A stretch of DNA of 64,000 bases from Takakia lepidozioides (Eukaryota > Plantae > Bryophyta). The DNA is taken from positions 20,894,001 to 20,958,000 of the forward strand of contig CM060731.1 in the NCBI GenBank assembly GCA_030704615.1, given 5' to 3'. A model generated the notes under the pieces. That model searched no databases. It was not told the origin of the DNA and saw nothing but the letters and a program-made list of their open reading frames with translations. The number at the start of each line of letters is the position of its first letter. Within the stretch, counting starts at the first letter, position 1. The translations under genes and the position numbers were made by a program. This document shows, in pieces, positions 59,983-64,000 of the stretch.

Positions 59983-62139
59983 CAAGGGAAAGGACCTTAA
60001 AGTTGAGGTGAAGCCTCACCGCCCACTCTCCCGCATCTTATGGAGAAAAAAACCACACCAATAGATAACATGTTCATCAGATATAGGGGCTACTACTGTT
60101 CTTTATGTGTTAGTTTCGCATAACTATTAATTTCGTCAATTTCATTTCATTGTGGAAATTTCCCGGGAATTCGGGGAATATGCCCTTGTGCTCACATGAG
60201 CATGCTCACGCCTCCGAGGAAAGAGATGCGTAAAGAACTGGGATGATTTCTCTTCGTTAATATCTGTTCATTATACAGTGTAATAGCCAGCTATGCATAC
60301 AAGGGCATTACAATAAGGTATAATGCACAGTGCATTACACACTCAGTGTAATGAACACCTCCCACAAATCATCCCATTACTTTACGCAGGGGAAGACCCC
60401 TCTTGTCGGGCCCTCCTTTCGGGCGAGAGGTGTTGCACCTAAATGCTTTGTCTATCTAACGATATGTGATCACAACTAACTTCCACCATAACTTCCAGCT
60501 CTACTTCTAAGTTGTTTGAATTTCCTGCTGCTAACCGTGCCCATAACTTTGAATCGGTGTATGAACTTACATGAGCTTAGCTGAAAGTTCCGTCCCGAGC
60601 AATGTGTATTTGTGAGAGAGATTACGCCGTGAGCAAGGTCACGCTTTGTACACTAAGCGTGAGCAGATTTGTCTTAAGTGTGTCAACAAATTTCAAGCAT
60701 GAGCAGAATCATGAAAGAGAACCTATAACCCTGGCAAAGATGGGTCTATTACCGTGGACGCAAAGTGTTGTGAGATGGACACGAAGGGAGGAAAAAAAAA
60801 CACGAACACATTTTTATTTTTTCCCGTTATTGTAAAGGCTGGGAGATGCTTGCGTCAATGCAAGCAAAATTTGCTCCTCCAGCCATTGCAATGATGGACC
60901 CACCCCCACTCCCCTCGAAAAAATAAAATAAAATAAAATAAAATATATATATATATAGTTCCTTTCGATCATTGCGAGGGCTGGGAGATGCTTCAAGCGA
61001 CAATGTAAGCATATTTTTATCCTCCGGCCATTCGCAAGGATAGACAACCCCTCCCCCCAACACCAAATAAATAAATAAATTTTGTGTGCGTGTGTGGGTT
61101 TTATTTTTTTTTATTTTTTTTTCTGATCATGGCGAAAGCTGGGAGTTGCTTGTAGCAAGGAACCGAACATCTTCCTTAAAATTGATCATTAGCAATGAGC
61201 ATCTTCTTTGGTTAAGATGATCATCAAAGTAAATGAAAAGTGGTGCGAAGGTTGAGTAAGCATTGCTTACCAGTGAGATGGAGGCGAGACCGCACAGACT
61301 GGGTTCTAAACCAGAGCCAGAGCTTGGTTTCCTATGCTTTCCAAGCAAAGGGCTAGAAGGAGAGGGAGCCCGGGGAAGTCACTTCCAAAAATTTCCAACC
61401 GACGAGCAAAAAAATATAGGGTGCAATTTATTCAAAATAAATAAAAATTAGAAAACATTTAAAAGTAATAAAGGGTACATTATATTGTGATTGGGGAATT
61501 TAAATTAATATAAGGTTTAAAATAATGACTTTTTTTAAAACAAAAATAAAAAAATTATAGGGTTGAGATAATACCTAATGAAAAATTCCAAAAATATATA
61601 CATGTTCTTAGGAGAATGATATAAATATTTGTATGTAGCTCACTCCCCCTGCCGCGCACAATGAGAAGGAAGGCAGGGATCAGGTGGGGGATATCGTAAC
61701 AGCCTATTGATCTCCTAAAATAGACCAACCACACCAGTTATGGTGTTATTAAACTACTTCTCAAAATCTAGAGGACAATTTAAATTCAAATATGATCATA
61801 CCGACAACAAGTGGGTCGATGTAGACTCAATTATTAGTTCATTCACTATGACTTTCGATAGAGCGCAAAACGTTTATACTTTGAATGCTGATGATGCGAA
61901 TGGTTTAAATGAATTTATTTCAACCAAATAATAAATTCATTTGTTTTGTAGAAATAAATTTCTTTTAAAGTATTATTACTATAGGGTGTCTAATATTTGT
62001 TTGAAACAAAAAATTATAATTAAAATAGCATGCCAAAAATTCACCATATTATAAAATTATGTAATTATAGGGTACCAAAAAATACCCAAAGTAAAAATAA
62101 TACCCCCCTACAAAATACCCATTTATCTCACGTGCCCTA

Positions 62140-64000
62140 TACAAGTGATAGGGAATGACTTCCCCGGGAGAGGGAGCAGGAGCAGAAACTGCCATAGGAG
62201 GGGCCACAATGGCTTTGACCATTTTTAACCCAGCCATTTGAACTTGAATGCAGTACTAAACAAAGGTAGTGGAGATGGAGCCTTCGAAATGTCATGTATC
62301 GTTGATCCAGACCTCATCCTTCAGGGCCGAGTTGATCAGCAAAGAATCATAGTTAATGACCGGGATTACAAAAACAGTGGTGGAAGTGGGTTGAAGATTG
62401 TTATATTCCTCGGAGAATGTACAGAAGTGGATGATAGTGTCATTAGATAGAGAATAGTGATGGAGAAAAGAGAAAGTTTCAGAGATTTTAGAGAGCACCA
62501 ACGCCACCTCGTGGTCATCAGCCCGTCATCAGCAAAGTCTGTCTTGTCGACAATGGAAGCCCAGGAGCCCACAAAATCCGTTGGTCCCTCCGTCTGGAGA
62601 TACTGAAACCTCCCACCATTGAGGGAACAGAACAAGAAAGGAGTGATATTAATAGCAGCAAAACCAGGCTTGGAAATTTCCTCATTAGAAGACAGAGCGA
62701 AGACTTTCACCTCAGAGAAGGATCTAAGTTGCAAACACCTAGAAGCATGGTTATTGGTAGAAGTCAATCCTGGCGGGAGAGGATAGATAGCACGCCTAGG
62801 GATAAAGGACAGAGGTTTACCCACGGATCTTGGCAGTAGCACCACCTTTGGAGAAATGAACTCAACCCTAGCAGTTTGTTGGCTAACTAGGGTCTTCAGG
62901 CGCTTTGGAGCCGGAGCACCCTCAGCGGCTGGGGGAAAAGAAGACTCAGAAACCTTTGATTGCAAGTGCCCTAAGAAGAGAGGCAGGGGGTGAATTGTGA
63001 AGGAGCACCGTCGCTACATTTTCCAATTTGAGGAGTTGGAGCCGAGGCTTCCGCAGTCCTTGAGTTGTCCCAGCTTTTTCTCTTCAAGACCGGACAATCC
63101 GCCTTTACGTGCCCTGTACCATGACAAGAGTGACCGATTATGTTAACCGGCTCCTCCTTAATAAGGACAATGATGAACGAATTATCAAGCGTAGGGAGCT
63201 TGATGGAGGCCGGAAAGTAGTCTTCTCAAACATCATGATCACAATACAAGGGACCCCCACATCTCTCTAGGGGGTGTGATCCATAGGCAGATTGTCACCT
63301 TCAAACTTAGTTTATGCAACCAATGTAGCTTCCAAAGATTGCTCCAATCTCAAGAAGAGATCCCAGGTAATTGCTAGGAAGAACATGAGGAGCAAGAATG
63401 TGGGGTTTACAAGAGACCTCCCTTATGACGCCAACTGGGAGACCATGGGAAGATAAACACCCGACACCTTGATCTATAGATATTGAAAGCCAAAGCTTTG
63501 GCTGCAGCCTCAACATTGGAGAACATCACAGAAAAAAAACCACGGCCCAAAGAGTGACAAAATTGTTGATGCAGGTCCCCCTCATTACCCAGGTACTCAA
63601 TATTGATCTAGGATCTCATCCACGCCCTATTCCTTGGGCGACCTGGGAAGTGCAAAAGAATCCCCAGTTTTTCCATAAAGACAGTGTCAGCATTAAAATG
63701 ATCCATGTTCAAGGCAGTGATCGGATAAAGGGAATCATCAACTGGGGGACCATCCGCATTCCAAAGCAATCCGTCAACGTCTAGCACTAGCACATCAGGC
63801 TTAGAAGCTGAAGGGCCCACTTCGAGGATAGAGGGAAGAACTGCGGCCTGGGCGGCTACCGCTTCTCTGGAGAGGGTCCATACCTTCTTCCCTTTGGAAC
63901 CTCTACCATCACCCCCACGTTTACCAGCTCTTGAGGAGTCCCCTCATAAAGCCATGGAGCAAGAGAAAAAGAGAAAAATTGTAACAAGCTGTGAAAAGAA
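62140..64000 (-). pseudogene. L1-type LINE ORF1 relic (DUF4283-like region + zinc knuckle)
   Basis: Minus-strand FSVMFSNVEAAAKAL..RVFIFPWSP and frameshifted (C)HSCHGTGHVKADCP at ~63090-63135, followed by a low-complexity ORF 62366-62965; boundaries approximate. Confidence 0.6.

Noticed and set aside
61417-62139. Possible hAT derivative containing ORF 61740-61931
   Set aside because: TAGGG-type ends and a transposase-like C-terminal peptide are suggestive, but there is no TSD and no catalytic motif.

Overview
Eukaryotic, intron-rich plant genomic DNA; gene and repeat style suggests a non-seed plant such as a bryophyte (inference). Six intact spliced housekeeping genes can be reconstructed: BTF3/NAC-beta (-), glyoxalase I (-), an MFSD12-like transporter (+), OSBP-related protein ORP3 (-), CBP20 with its U12 AT-AC intron (-) and an atypical MGCxxS cyclophilin (+). 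There is also a stellacyanin-type phytocyanin gene cut by a 1.49-kb inversion inside exon 3. The intergenic and intronic space holds a diverse transposon set. It includes a decayed spliced Crypton-like tyrosine-recombinase gene (6.7-9.7 kb) and an 8.6-kb MuDR-like element with ~0.8-1 kb TIRs, a transposase pseudogene, a convergent zinc-finger accessory gene and motif-packed non-coding DNA. It also includes a piggyBac-like TTAA element, hAT/PIF/Mutator MITEs with TSDs, six copies of a poly(A)-less LINE that inserts at TCT, a SINE, an LTR+PBS remnant and an L1 ORF1 relic. All family assignments come from motifs read by eye; no database searches were run.
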